A program made the translations under genes and the position numbers. From Candidatus Latescibacterota bacterium (lineage in GTDB: Bacteria; Latescibacterota; UBA2968), in the NCBI GenBank assembly GCA_965207885.1, contig OZ242311.1, forward strand, positions 5,696,001 through 5,760,000: a stretch of DNA of 64,000 nt, read 5' to 3'. Of the stretch, positions 10,325 to 20,211 are shown piece after piece; positions within the stretch are counted from its first letter, which is position 1, and every line of letters starts with the position of its first letter. The notes beneath the pieces are model-generated. The model did not search any database. It was not told the origin of the DNA and saw only the letters and a program-made list of their open reading frames with translations.

Positions 10325-11062
10325 ATGTCACAACTCACCGGAAAAGTCGCGCTCGTCACCGGCAGTGGGCGGGGTATTGGTCGCGCTATTGCCATCGCCT
10401 TTGCCACAGAGGGAGCCGACCTCATACTCGCCGCACGCACCGCAGAACAACTCGACGCCGTTGCCGAAGAAATTCGCGCCCTCGGTCGCAAAGTTCTGTC
10501 CGTACCCACCGATGTCACAAATCGCCAGAGCGTAGATGCATTGGCAGAAAAAGTCCGCGGAAAATTTGACCGCCTGGACATCCTCGTCAACAACGCGGGC
10601 GGCGGCATAGAGCGCAACAGCATCCTCGACAGCGACCCCGATGTCTGGATCGAAGACGTCACGGTAAACTGCATCAGCGCCTACCTCGTCTCGCACGCCC
10701 TGCTACCCCTCATGATTGACTCCGGCGGTGGCAGAGTCATCAACGTGGGATCGGGCATGGGCCACCGCCCCACAGCGAGCAGTTCTGCGTATCACGTTGG
10801 CAAAGCCGGCATGTGGATGTTCACCCAATGTCTATCAGAAGAAGTCTGGGAACACAATATCACAGTCAACGAACTCATCCCCGGGCCGGTAGCCACACAT
10901 CTTACCGGCGGTCGCATGAGAGTGGGCGGTCCACCACCCTTCGCCCCCAGCGAAGTCGTCAAAGCACCCGAAGACGTCGTCCCACTCGCGCTCTTCTTAG
11001 CCACCCAACCCGACGGGGGACCGACCGCTCAAACCTTCAGCCTGACCCGTCGCCCGATTTAA
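10325..11062 (+). CDS. Short-chain dehydrogenase/reductase
   Basis: TGSGRGIG, NNAG, YHVGK. Confidence 0.9.
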   Translation: MSQLTGKVALVTGSGRGIGRAIAIAFATEGADLILAARTAEQLDAVAEEIRALGRKVLSVPTDVTNRQSVDALAEKVRGKFDRLDILVNNAGGGIERNSILDSDPDVWIEDVTVNCISAYLVSHALLPLMIDSGGGRVINVGSGMGHRPTASSSAYHVGKAGMWMFTQCLSEEVWEHNITVNELIPGPVATHLTGGRMRVGGPPPFAPSEVVKAPEDVVPLALFLATQPDGGPTAQTFSLTRRPI

Positions 11063-11084
11063 CCTCATCCCAAAAGGAACAACT

Positions 11085-13037
11085 ATGTCAAAAAAAATCA
11101 TCGCCTATGGCATGGACGGATTCATCACCCCCATGATGAAATACTTTGCCGACGAAGGCGTTATCCCAACTTTTAAACGCATGCTCGACGAGGGCGCAGT
11201 CAACGAAACCTTTCCCTCCTTCCCGGTCTGGACACCCACCAACTGGGCAACCCTCTCCACTGGCGCGCACACCGGCACCCACAGCGTCACGCGCTGGCGC
11301 GTCGAAGTAGGTCCCGGCGAACGCATCAACTCTTTTCACGGCCGCGCCAACAATGCCCAGCGCCTGTGGAACGCCCTCGAGCGAGAAGACCTCAAAGGCG
11401 TTGCCCTGCACTATCCGGCAGCGCATCCATCAGGCGTGGAAAAAGGGTATGTAATCGACGGATTTGGTCACCCCGGACACGCCAGCACCGACTATGAAAT
11501 CGCAGCCGCACAGGCTTATACCACCGCCGAGCACGTCGAAGAAATCGTGGAAATGGACCACGACGGCACAGCCGTGCGCCGGAGACAGCGAAGCATAGAA
11601 CCCATCCCCGCACTATCGCCTGCGGATGGCTGGACCAATCTTCCACAAAGCGCTGCCCCGCCCCTCGCTTCCACCATTGAAATCCACGCGCGCCTCGGCG
11701 GAGACATCAACCGCTTTCACCTGCTCGTCTTCGCCAGCGCCAACAGCGGATACGACACCCTGCGCGTCTCCCGATCTCAAAATGGCAACGACCACATCGC
11801 CGAAGCCAGCACGGGATCGTGGAGCAACTGGGCCATCGAACCCTTCAGCATTGAAAGCCGCGAACAACGCGCCTCTGTGCGCTTCAAACTCCTCGAACTC
11901 GAACCCGATGGCTCCCATCTCAAGCTCTACCGCTCTCAGATCACATATAGCGATGGCTTCACATATCCAGATGACCTCGCCGACGAACTCATCCAGCGAT
12001 TTGGCCCCTATCAAGAACACGCCTCCATGACACCCTACACGTCTGGCATGACCGACTTTGACACCGCCCTTGAAGAATGCGAATACCAGGGCCTCTGGTT
12101 TGCCGACGTCGCCAATTACATGCTCCACGAAAAAGATGCCAGTTTCTTTATCTGTCACTGGCACCTCTACGACTACATCAACCACATCCACCTCGACGGC
12201 GTCGATCCGGTTTGCCCGGCTTACGACCCCGACAAAGCCGACGACGTCATGCACCTCTTCCGCAAAGCCTACATCGTTGGCGACAAAATTTTAAAACGCA
12301 TGTGGGATGCCGCCGATGACACCACTTATGTCGGCGTGCTTTCCGACCACGGCGCATCGCCAGATGTGCGCATCGCCAATATCCGAAAATTCCTGCACGA
12401 CACAGGATTCACCGTCCTGAAAGAAGACGCCAGCGACAGCGTCGAGCGCGATGAAGTCCTCGAAAGAGAAATCGACTTTGAAAAAACCCGCGCCTACCTC
12501 AAAGACGACAAGGGATTCGACATCTGGATCAACGCCGAACCCGGTCCCAAATTCGACGAAATCGAACGCGATGTCCTCCTCGCCCTTCGCACCTGGGTCG
12601 ATGAAGAAATCGGTCGCAATGTCGTTGCCATCGCCCTGCCCAGGCGCGACGCGTACATACTCGGGCAATGGGGCGACCAGTGCGGCGACGTCATCTTCGC
12701 ATGGGATCACGGATTCGTCAGCGGGTACTACGGCCAGTGGAAAGGTATTGTGGGTGGCGGCTGCGTAGGTGCTCCCGAAGTCTTCGGCGCACACCACGGC
12801 GGCTTCATCCCCACGCGCAGCGACATCTCATCGAGCTTTGGTTCTTTTTTCCTATCGGGTCCCGGCATCAAAAAAGGCTACGAACGCCCCACCGACAAAC
12901 TCGGCTACATCCACGCCGCAGACGTCGTCCCCACGCTTTGCCACATCTTCGGCATTGCTCCCCCGGACCAGAGCCAGGGTGCGGTTGCCTACGATATTTT
13001 GGAAGGTCATGAGATGGTGCGGGAACGACCTGAATAA
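11085..13037 (+). CDS. Alkaline phosphatase superfamily protein (nucleotide pyrophosphatase/phosphodiesterase-like)
   Basis: GMDG, WTPTNWATLSTG..H, LSDHG, DVVPTLC. Confidence 0.8.
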   Translation: MSKKIIAYGMDGFITPMMKYFADEGVIPTFKRMLDEGAVNETFPSFPVWTPTNWATLSTGAHTGTHSVTRWRVEVGPGERINSFHGRANNAQRLWNALEREDLKGVALHYPAAHPSGVEKGYVIDGFGHPGHASTDYEIAAAQAYTTAEHVEEIVEMDHDGTAVRRRQRSIEPIPALSPADGWTNLPQSAAPPLASTIEIHARLGGDINRFHLLVFASANSGYDTLRVSRSQNGNDHIAEASTGSWSNWAIEPFSIESREQRASVRFKLLELEPDGSHLKLYRSQITYSDGFTYPDDLADELIQRFGPYQEHASMTPYTSGMTDFDTALEECEYQGLWFADVANYMLHEKDASFFICHWHLYDYINHIHLDGVDPVCPAYDPDKADDVMHLFRKAYIVGDKILKRMWDAADDTTYVGVLSDHGASPDVRIANIRKFLHDTGFTVLKEDASDSVERDEVLEREIDFEKTRAYLKDDKGFDIWINAEPGPKFDEIERDVLLALRTWVDEEIGRNVVAIALPRRDAYILGQWGDQCGDVIFAWDHGFVSGYYGQWKGIVGGGCVGAPEVFGAHHGGFIPTRSDISSSFGSFFLSGPGIKKGYERPTDKLGYIHAADVVPTLCHIFGIAPPDQSQGAVAYDILEGHEMVRERPE

Positions 13038-13831
13038 AGAAAATATGACACAACAATTTGCTCTTATTCTTATTGCCTGCCTGACGATTACATCCTGTAC
13101 CGCCACAAAGGGTGCAACCGAGGCTGAGTTCAGCTTTACTTTTCAAAGTGATGCCGAAGGCTGGACAGCCGGATTTGCCGATCTTCCCGCCAACTTCGAG
13201 CCATCAATCTACGAACTCGACTCCGGTTATCGCCCTCTTCCACCAGGTCTCGAAGGCAATGGTCTCTACATCCAGGGACATAATCGCAGCGACGACCTTT
13301 TCATGTTTTTCAAGAGGCGGATTGATGGGCTTAAGGCAGATGCGACCTACGCGGTATTCGCGTCCCTCGACCTGGCGACCAACGTCCCATCCAACTTAGT
13401 TGGTATCGGTGGCTCTCCCGGCGAGAGCGTGTACGTAAAAGCGGGCGCATCTACCGTTGAACCCGTAGCAGAGGGGGCAAACCTCAGACTGAACATCGAC
13501 AAGGGAAACCAGTCCAACGGCGGCGCGTCCATGGTCGTTCTGGGAAACGTCGCTCATCCCGAGGTCGTCGGCAGAGAGTTTCGGCTCAAGTCTCTTGACA
13601 ACGCCGACAATCCAGTGCATGTCACCACTGACAGCAAGGGCGGGCTCTGGCTAATCGTCGGTACCGACTCTGGCTTTGAGGGACTGAGCACGTTCTACTA
13701 CGCCCGCATTGCCTACACACTCAAAGTAGTGGAATCCCCTAACTCGGGGGCTTCTCTTCTCGGGCCGAGTAGCCGGGGTTTGGATTAGGTTTGCACAGTA
13801 CTCAATATTCATTTGTTGTGCGGGAACGACC
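13017..13831 (+). repeat. 14-bp direct repeat GTGCGGGAACGACC at 13017-13030 and 13818-13831
   Basis: Exact duplicate of the 3' end of the upstream gene, flanking the lipoprotein gene. Confidence 0.7.
13045..13788 (+). CDS. Hypothetical lipoprotein
   Basis: Lipobox-like LTITSC; beta-rich body (GWTAGFADLP, NRSDDLFMF, IVGTDSGFEG). Confidence 0.7.
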   Translation: MTQQFALILIACLTITSCTATKGATEAEFSFTFQSDAEGWTAGFADLPANFEPSIYELDSGYRPLPPGLEGNGLYIQGHNRSDDLFMFFKRRIDGLKADATYAVFASLDLATNVPSNLVGIGGSPGESVYVKAGASTVEPVAEGANLRLNIDKGNQSNGGASMVVLGNVAHPEVVGREFRLKSLDNADNPVHVTTDSKGGLWLIVGTDSGFEGLSTFYYARIAYTLKVVESPNSGASLLGPSSRGLD

Positions 13832-13871
13832 GGTTTAGATCACGGTTTTTGAAAGCTAATAGCGATAGATG

Positions 13872-13900
13872 TTGACATAAGTCCGGCAGAATGCGATACT
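13872..13900 (+). promoter_or_regulatory. sigma70-like promoter upstream of hicB-hicA
   Basis: TTGACA-17nt-GATACT. Confidence 0.55.
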
Positions 13901-13932
13901 TTCCACACATTGCGCCAGAGGAGGAGTACAAG

Positions 13933-14178
13933 ATGGTAGAAGGATATCGATTACATCTTCAGATCACGCGAGTAGAAAACGGCCAACACCTCGCTACCTC
14001 TGATGATTTTCCCGGTCTTGTGGCACAAGGAAGAACCGTGTCTGAAGCGATTGAAATTGCTCAAGACGTGGCAAGGAAACTAATTGAATCCTATCGGGAA
14101 CATGGCGACATTCTGCCAAAGGGTTTGCAGGCTATAAATACAGAGAGCGTTGAATTGGACGTTCTCGTAGGCGTGTGA
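13933..14178 (+). CDS. hicB: HicB-family antitoxin
   Basis: DFPGLVAQGRTVSEAIEIAQD; RBS GAGGAG. Confidence 0.85.
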   Translation: MVEGYRLHLQITRVENGQHLATSDDFPGLVAQGRTVSEAIEIAQDVARKLIESYREHGDILPKGLQAINTESVELDVLVGV

Positions 14179-14402
14179 TGGGTCGGCTGGCAGGTTTTAC
14201 GTATCGACAAGTGACCCGCAAATTGCGGCGGTTGGGATTCGAGTTTGATCGGCAAGCACGGGGAAGTCATGAGATCTGGTGGAACCCTGAGACGCGATAT
14301 CGAACTACTATTCCCAATCATCCTGGAGACTTACCAGAAGGAACTTTATCCGCAGTTCTGAAGCAAGCGGGTATAACCGCGGAAGAATTCCTTAGAGCTT
14401 AG
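14175..14402 (+). CDS. hicA: HicA-family toxin (mRNA interferase)
   Basis: LRRLGF..RQARGSH...TTIPNH..DLPEGTLSAVLKQAGI. Confidence 0.9.
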   Translation: MMGRLAGFTYRQVTRKLRRLGFEFDRQARGSHEIWWNPETRYRTTIPNHPGDLPEGTLSAVLKQAGITAEEFLRA

Positions 14403-14444
14403 GATGTGCGTATATCTCGCTATCTCCGTTAAATGAGGCCCATC

Positions 14445-14705
14445 ATGAAAACAGGATGTGCTTTCTGTGGTCATAAAGAACTCCGGTCTTGCCAAACGCA
14501 ATACATTTACCGGCACGATGGCAAATTTCTTATTGTAGATGATGTGCCCTGTCTCCAGTGTGCATATTGCGGCGAGCAATATTTTGAAGGTCGGGTATTG
14601 CGGAATATTGAAAAACGATTCAACGAACTCCATGTTCAGGGTCAGAAAGCGAGCAAGGAAGTTCAGATTCCCGTAGAACACTTCGCGGACCTTTGTCAGA
14701 CCTAA
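14445..14705 (+). CDS. YgiT/MqsA-type zinc-finger protein (orphan antitoxin-like)
   Basis: CAFCG...IVDDVPCLQCAYCGEQYF. Confidence 0.8.
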   Translation: MKTGCAFCGHKELRSCQTQYIYRHDGKFLIVDDVPCLQCAYCGEQYFEGRVLRNIEKRFNELHVQGQKASKEVQIPVEHFADLCQT

Positions 14706-14756
14706 AGTAGTTGGCAGATAAAGAGAGCGCAAGAGTTGGCGCAAGGAGAATAAATC

Positions 14757-15128
14757 ATGGCAGACTATATCCGTAGTTCGGGAAACGTTTTTAAGGATTT
14801 GGAGATTCCTTCTTCTGATGAAAGGTTGGCAAAAGCGAAGTTAGCATATAAGATCAACCGCTTGATCGCCGATCAGGGAATGAGCCAAAAGAAAGCCGCG
14901 GATTTTTTGGGAATAAGTCGATCAAAAATGACGGAACTGAGAAATGGTCGCTTAAAGGGTTTCACCATCGACTGTCTGTTCTCCCTGTTGGGAAAACTGG
15001 ATCACCCTTCTCCCACTCGACATCGAACAAACAAATCCGTAAAAGACCATGAAGCTTTTGGGATGTGGCGAGACAAAAAAGATATGGCAGATGTCGATGC
15101 TTACGTCCGCAATTCGAGAAAGGTATAG
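14757..15128 (+). CDS. XRE/HTH_37-type antitoxin with an apparently foreign C-terminal tail
   Basis: SSGNVFKDL, SQKKAADFLGISRSKMTELRNGRL; tail AFGMWRDKKD...YVR resembles another small-antitoxin family. Confidence 0.7.
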   Translation: MADYIRSSGNVFKDLEIPSSDERLAKAKLAYKINRLIADQGMSQKKAADFLGISRSKMTELRNGRLKGFTIDCLFSLLGKLDHPSPTRHRTNKSVKDHEAFGMWRDKKDMADVDAYVRNSRKV

Positions 15129-15209
15129 CTCATAAACACAGGGCACAGAAAAGGGCGTGCAAAATCGAATCGCACGCCCTTTTGTATTAAAATGAGACTG
15201 TTTTTCAGA

Positions 15210-15415
15210 TCATGATTCCCACTTGAGCTTTTTTTAGTCTGGACGCAATCACGGAGATACAGATTGATCAAACTCTGGTATGGAATACCTGTTTCGTCCG
15301 CCAAATCTTTAAAATATGCAATCACATCCGTTCCCAAACGAAGCGTGACCTGCTTTGTAAGATGTTTTGCATAGGGATTCTTGACGGATTTTGAGAAATC
15401 GTATTCTTTTTTCAT
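15210..15415 (-). pseudogene. BrnA-family antitoxin, frameshifted in a homopolymer run (reads to 15101 as deposited)
   Basis: MKKEYDFSKSVKNPY..KQVTLRL..VIAYFK..GIPYQSLINLYLRDC; adding one base to the T7 run at 15229-15235 gives the end KKKLKWES-stop at 15210. Confidence 0.7.
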
Positions 15416-15449
15416 TTTATGTAACATACAACCTCATTGTGCTAACGGA

Positions 15450-15686
15450 CTATAATTTATCATATTCTTCCGGCTCTACATCTGGCACATTTGCTAAAAC
15501 AGATTCAAACTTCTGGCGGCTACCCCGCTTAGCACGCTCTTCCAGATACTCAACCGTTGCCAGAGCCGACACCTTCTCTGCTACAGCCAGAGTAATAAAC
15601 TGATTTATAGAAATCCCCTCTGCCGCCGCCATTTGCTTAATACGCTTATGCAGTGAATCGGGCAGTCGAATGCTCAACGTTCTCAT
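15450..15686 (-). CDS. Ribbon-helix-helix antitoxin-like protein
   Basis: LSIRLPDSLHKRIKQMAAAEGISINQFITLAVAEK...VPDVEPEEYD. Confidence 0.8.
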   Translation of the reverse strand: MRTLSIRLPDSLHKRIKQMAAAEGISINQFITLAVAEKVSALATVEYLEERAKRGSRQKFESVLANVPDVEPEEYDKL

Positions 15687-15696
15687 GATAAAGCTC

Positions 15697-16746
15697 CTAT
15701 TCTAAACTGTTCTTTACCACTCTTATTCCTATCTTTTGTATCTCTGTTAATAATTCGTAGTTTATTTTTTCGGTGGACCAGTGTGCGATTGCGTCTCTGT
15801 GCTCCTTCAGCTCTTTGTATTGTTCCGTCTCTCTTTCTTCCTCTAAATCTATTCCTTTATTACTACAATACTCTCGCCCAAAATCCACCAGTGCTTGCCA
15901 TAAATTTAGATACCACAGTCTGAAATATTCTTCGTTCTTTGAATCTCCCAGTAACAATGCGTTCAATACCTCCCGTACGCTTATTTCTTCTCCTTCCTTT
16001 TTTAATTGGATTATTCTGTCTTCCAACTTCTGTATTGTTTCCTTTATCTCTGTACCCTTTGCTCTTCTCACTAAGTGCGCCCCACCATACGCAATCGATA
16101 TTTTTGGTTCCAGCCCATATACCGTCTTTCCGTCTGTCGTTTCGTAACAGAAGCATCTTGCCTCTTGTTTTAGATTATGTGTTGCTTCAGTCTCTAACTT
16201 TATTGCTGCCAATATCACCCTTTCTGCTGTTATGTTCTCCTTACCTCCAGGCCAATTTCCGCCTATTGTTTTGAAAATTATAATAGTATCTTCTTTTCCT
16301 TCTGTCGGATTCTTCCAGCATTCTCCTCGATTGAATTCTTTCTCTTCAGTCTCTCCCTCCTCTTCCATTACAACAAATACGCTTCTCCCGCAACGTTCAT
16401 TGATTTTCTTGCATGTCTCTCTCAATCCTGCATCTCTTGCATATTGTCCATATCTGCTTTTCTTCTTTAGATATTCTTCTATATCGTCCGTAATTGCTGC
16501 TACAAATCCTTTTTCATAGTGAAGTATTTTACTCTTTCTTTCCTCTTCTGTACCATCCCACTGTATCGGTATATTGTATATCTTCGTTACTCTGAATTTT
16601 TCGATCTTGCAGTCGATTCTTTCCGCTTTCCCTTCTCCTCCTGCTAGTCCGTCTGCCATGAGTTTTACGCCTGCCAGAGTAACACCACCTGTTTCTTTTT
16701 CTGCCAGACTCAAATCTCTCAAACTCTCTCTCTCTTGAGCATTCAT
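15697..16746 (-). CDS. Hypothetical protein with C-terminal HEPN-like RxxxxH motif
   Basis: Long AT-rich, purine-rich ORF; helical C-terminus LWYLNLWQAL...RDAIAH; RBS GGAGAGG. Confidence 0.6.
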   Translation of the reverse strand: MNAQERESLRDLSLAEKETGGVTLAGVKLMADGLAGGEGKAERIDCKIEKFRVTKIYNIPIQWDGTEEERKSKILHYEKGFVAAITDDIEEYLKKKSRYGQYARDAGLRETCKKINERCGRSVFVVMEEEGETEEKEFNRGECWKNPTEGKEDTIIIFKTIGGNWPGGKENITAERVILAAIKLETEATHNLKQEARCFCYETTDGKTVYGLEPKISIAYGGAHLVRRAKGTEIKETIQKLEDRIIQLKKEGEEISVREVLNALLLGDSKNEEYFRLWYLNLWQALVDFGREYCSNKGIDLEEERETEQYKELKEHRDAIAHWSTEKINYELLTEIQKIGIRVVKNSLE

Positions 16747-17001
16747 TTTCACCTCTCCGTTTTTAGTTCTTTATTTGTCTTCACCTTTCTTGTTCCCTGC
16801 TTCTGAATCCCTACTGAAGGTGCGAACTAAGCCTTCCATTTGGATTTGGCTGTCCTAAACAGATTTCGGCACCATCATGCAGAGTATTTGCTCTTGAAAA
16901 AAATAGAGTACCATTTTCGGCATTCTCTGTCAAGCAGTCGCAAAGTGTACAATGCTTTTGAAGGGTTCTCTCACTACTATTATCATTTGATCTTTATCAC
17001 A

Positions 17002-17763
17002 TCACCGACAACATCGGAACCCGATCCCCTTCCCCTGCCACCTGGGATTGAGACGTCCGCGCTCCTGCACCCGCACGGCTGGTGCGCCATTTACCCAACT
17101 GCCGCCGCGCATCACGCGCAAGCCCCCGCTCTCTGGTCCCTGGGGATTTTCCCGCGGACTATTGCGATAATAATCCACGCGGTGCCAATCCGCCACCCAC
17201 TCCCACACATTACCCGACAAATCCGCCACCTCAAAAGGACTCACACCATTGGGAAAACTACCCACAGTCGAGGGCTTGCCCACTTGCCCATTAAAATTCA
17301 ACCGCGTCGGATCGGGATCCTCATTGCCCCAGGGATAAATACGCCCATCTCCACCCGCGGCCTTTTCCCACTCCGCCTCGGAACACAACCGCTTGCCTGC
17401 CCACGCGCAAAAATCCTGTGCATCAAACCAGGTCACACCAACCACTGGTTGCCGCGCGGCATTAAACCCCACAGAATCGGCACACGCCGAAGGATCGCGT
17501 CCTGTCGTCGCAACGAATAATCTGTAATCCGCGTTCACCACCTCAAAGCGATCAATCCAGAACGCATCTAAAAACACCACATGCTCGGGACCTTCATCCC
17601 GCCCAAACTCATTGGTCCCCATCACAAATTCGCCCGCTGGAATTTCGACCATCTCCTCAACCAACTCGCCCTCTGATTCTGGCTGAACGGGATAATCATC
17701 GCCACAATTAGCTATCAGCCCCATCCCAATGAGCACGCACAAAAATTTTAAAATATCGCTCAT
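17002..17763 (-). CDS. Formylglycine-generating-enzyme (SUMF1) domain lipoprotein
   Basis: LIANC lipobox, IPAGEFVMG, RLCSEAEWEKAA, GNVWEW, RGGSW, GFRC. Confidence 0.88.
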   Translation of the reverse strand: MSDILKFLCVLIGMGLIANCGDDYPVQPESEGELVEEMVEIPAGEFVMGTNEFGRDEGPEHVVFLDAFWIDRFEVVNADYRLFVATTGRDPSACADSVGFNAARQPVVGVTWFDAQDFCAWAGKRLCSEAEWEKAAGGDGRIYPWGNEDPDPTRLNFNGQVGKPSTVGSFPNGVSPFEVADLSGNVWEWVADWHRVDYYRNSPRENPQGPESGGLRVMRGGSWVNGAPAVRVQERGRLNPRWQGKGIGFRCCR

Positions 17764-17845
17764 CTCAGCCTCCTGATGAGACCGCTAAAACAGCGGCATC
17801 CGAAAGAGGTTGTTTGTTCTCAAAATCGCGTGTATTTTTGCGTCT

Positions 17846-17905
17846 TGGATCGCGGCTCAACATCATAGCCTGCCCCGTAGTGCTTTTATACGGGGCCGCG
17901 ATGAC
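17846..17905. repeat. REP-like palindromic repeat copy 1 (with nested hairpin)
   Basis: TGGATCGCGGCTCAA...CCCCGTA-N9-TACGGGG-CCGCGATGAC. Confidence 0.75.
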
Positions 17906-17954
17906 ATCTGCACTCCCCTTATTCATCTCTATCCCCATCTGGACGGGAAATTCA

Positions 17955-18455
17955 ATGAACAAAGTCACCACATATTACCTCGAAATGAAAACGCCATCTT
18001 TGCTAAAAGAAAAAACAGAATCGAACGGACTGGATGTACATGAATGCGAAATCAAACAATATCAATTTAACAAATTCCTGTATCAATTCATAGGCGGACC
18101 CTGGGATTGGACAAACAAACTCTCATTGTCAGATGAACAATGGAAAGCACACGTAGAAAACGACAACCTGAGAACATGGCTTGCCCAGTACAAAGGCGCA
18201 CCTGCTGGATACTACGAACTCCAAAAGCAAGACGATGGCAACGTCGAAATCCTCTATTTTGGTCTGGCCACCAAATTCATCGGACAGGGCTTTGGGGGTT
18301 ATCTCTTATCTCATGCAATAAAATCCGCCTGGAAGTGGGGACAAACAAAAAGAGTATGGGTGCATACCTGCACCCTTGACCATCCACATGCACTGCAAAA
18401 TTACAAAGCACGGGGCATGGAAGTCTATCACATAGAAACCACTGACCATGAGTAG
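17955..18455 (+). CDS. GNAT-family acetyltransferase
   Basis: VEILYFGL..FIGQGFGGYLL, RVWVHTCTLDHPHALQNYKARG. Confidence 0.88.
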   Translation: MNKVTTYYLEMKTPSLLKEKTESNGLDVHECEIKQYQFNKFLYQFIGGPWDWTNKLSLSDEQWKAHVENDNLRTWLAQYKGAPAGYYELQKQDDGNVEILYFGLATKFIGQGFGGYLLSHAIKSAWKWGQTKRVWVHTCTLDHPHALQNYKARGMEVYHIETTDHE

Positions 18456-18471
18456 TGACACCAAAACCTTC

Positions 18472-18502
18472 TGGATCGCGGCTAAAACCACGCCGCGATG
18501 AC
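18472..18502. repeat. REP-like palindromic repeat copy 2
   Basis: TGGATCGCGGCTAAAACCACGCCGCGATGAC. Confidence 0.75.
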
Positions 18503-18559
18503 AAACGGGACGACACGGGGGCCGTTCCCTACAACACGCGAACAAACCAAGGAGAACTT

Positions 18560-19294
18560 ATGAGACTTGAAAACAAAAACATCGTCGTAACGGGCGGTGC
18601 ATCGGGCATAGGGCAGGCGGCAGCGCGATGCTGTGCCCGGGAAGGCGCGCGCGTAGCCGTCGTAGATCTGGACGGAGCGGGGGTGGACCGCACAGTTAGA
18701 GAAATCGAAAACGCGGGTGGGAATGCAGCGGGATATCACGCAGACATAAAAGAAGAAACTCAGGTACGCGCGCTCTTTGAAAATATCGGCAACGCCTTTG
18801 GACACATCGACGGCTTAATCAACGCCGCTGGCATACTCGAAGGCGCGCTCGTACCCGTCGATGAATTTGAAGAATTCACCTGGGACAGAGTCATAGACAT
18901 CAATCTGAAAGGCAGCTTTCTCGCCTCAAAATACACCGTACCCTTAATGGAAAAAGCCAGCAAAGGCGTCATCGTACTCATCGCCTCTGGCGCAGGTGTC
19001 AGAGGTGGCAGCTCATCCGTCGCCTATGGCTCCAGCAAAGGCGGTGTCCACGGCCTCTCCCTCGTATTGGCAACCCAACTTTCCAACCGCAACATCCGCG
19101 TCCACGGCGTATGCCCGGGCGGTATCGAAACACCACTCAAAATGCGCGTCGTACAAAAACAAGCCGACGCCGCGGGGCGCGACGTCACAAAAATGGCAAC
19201 CGGACTCGGCGACCCCGAAGGCGTGGGCAAAATACTGTCCTTCCTCGTATCTGACGACGCCGATTATCTTCGCGGCAGCATCTTCACGCGATAG
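18560..19294 (+). CDS. Short-chain dehydrogenase/reductase
   Basis: TGGASGIG, NAAG, YGSSK; RBS AAGGAG. Confidence 0.9.
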   Translation: MRLENKNIVVTGGASGIGQAAARCCAREGARVAVVDLDGAGVDRTVREIENAGGNAAGYHADIKEETQVRALFENIGNAFGHIDGLINAAGILEGALVPVDEFEEFTWDRVIDINLKGSFLASKYTVPLMEKASKGVIVLIASGAGVRGGSSSVAYGSSKGGVHGLSLVLATQLSNRNIRVHGVCPGGIETPLKMRVVQKQADAAGRDVTKMATGLGDPEGVGKILSFLVSDDADYLRGSIFTR

Positions 19295-19305
19295 GAGACC
19301 AGACC

Positions 19306-20169
19306 ATGCGCTTAGGTGTCGTAGGCCTTTTACCCCGGGATTTTCGCACCCTGCAATCGCCACATCTTCAAACCATCCAAAACCTCGGATTCACCGGCGG
19401 AGCCTTTCACTTCCCCGCAGAACTCTGCGAAGAAATCACAACCGCCGACACAGACCGGTGCCGCGCACTTTTTGCCGAACACAACCTCGACCTCGCACAA
19501 TTCTCCATCACATACCCCGAATGCCTCTTTGATCCCGATCCAGAAATCCGAAACGCAATCATCCACAAAATGAAAAAAGGCACAGAAATCGCCGCGGGCC
19601 TATCCGCACAAACCTATCTCCTGCGCCCGGGCAGCCGCAACCCCGCCGGAGGCTGGACGCCCCATCGCCAAAACCACACACCAGAAGCATGGGATCGCCT
19701 CATTGAAACCCTGCGAGAAATCGCCCCCACCCTCGAACAAAACGGCGTCACAGTCGTCATGGAAACCCACCTCGTCTCCATCCTCAAAAACCCGGAAACA
19801 TGCCGCCAAATGGTCGAAAGCGTCGGATCGCCCAACCTGCGCCTGGTCATGGACTACGTCAACCACTTTGAAACCCTGAGCCAGGTCTATGCCAGCACCG
19901 ACCGCCTGGACCACATCTTTTCCGAAATGGGCGCTTATTCCCCGGTCATGCACATCAAAGACATCGCCATCGGCAGAGGGCTTGTGGTCCACCTCGACGA
20001 AACCGTACCTGGCAACGGCGAACTCGACCTCGCCCACTGCTTCCGGCATTTCCAGAACCACCACCCCAACAACTACGGCCTCATCGAACACCTCAAACCC
20101 GACCTCATACCCGAAGCCGCCGCAAACACCCGCACCATCGCCACCCGTGCCGGTGTTCCGATAACATAA
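19306..20169 (+). CDS. Sugar phosphate isomerase/epimerase (TIM barrel)
   Basis: VVMETH, LVMDYVN, MHIKD, PGNGELD, IEH. Confidence 0.85.
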   Translation: MRLGVVGLLPRDFRTLQSPHLQTIQNLGFTGGAFHFPAELCEEITTADTDRCRALFAEHNLDLAQFSITYPECLFDPDPEIRNAIIHKMKKGTEIAAGLSAQTYLLRPGSRNPAGGWTPHRQNHTPEAWDRLIETLREIAPTLEQNGVTVVMETHLVSILKNPETCRQMVESVGSPNLRLVMDYVNHFETLSQVYASTDRLDHIFSEMGAYSPVMHIKDIAIGRGLVVHLDETVPGNGELDLAHCFRHFQNHHPNNYGLIEHLKPDLIPEAAANTRTIATRAGVPIT

Positions 20170-20173
20170 AAAA

Positions 20174-20201
20174 CGGCGTCCAATCAAAAGATCGGACGCC
20201 G
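20174..20201. terminator. Hairpin terminator between convergent units
   Basis: CGGCGTCC...GGACGCCG flanked by A runs. Confidence 0.65.
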
Positions 20202-20211
20202 CAAAAACCAT

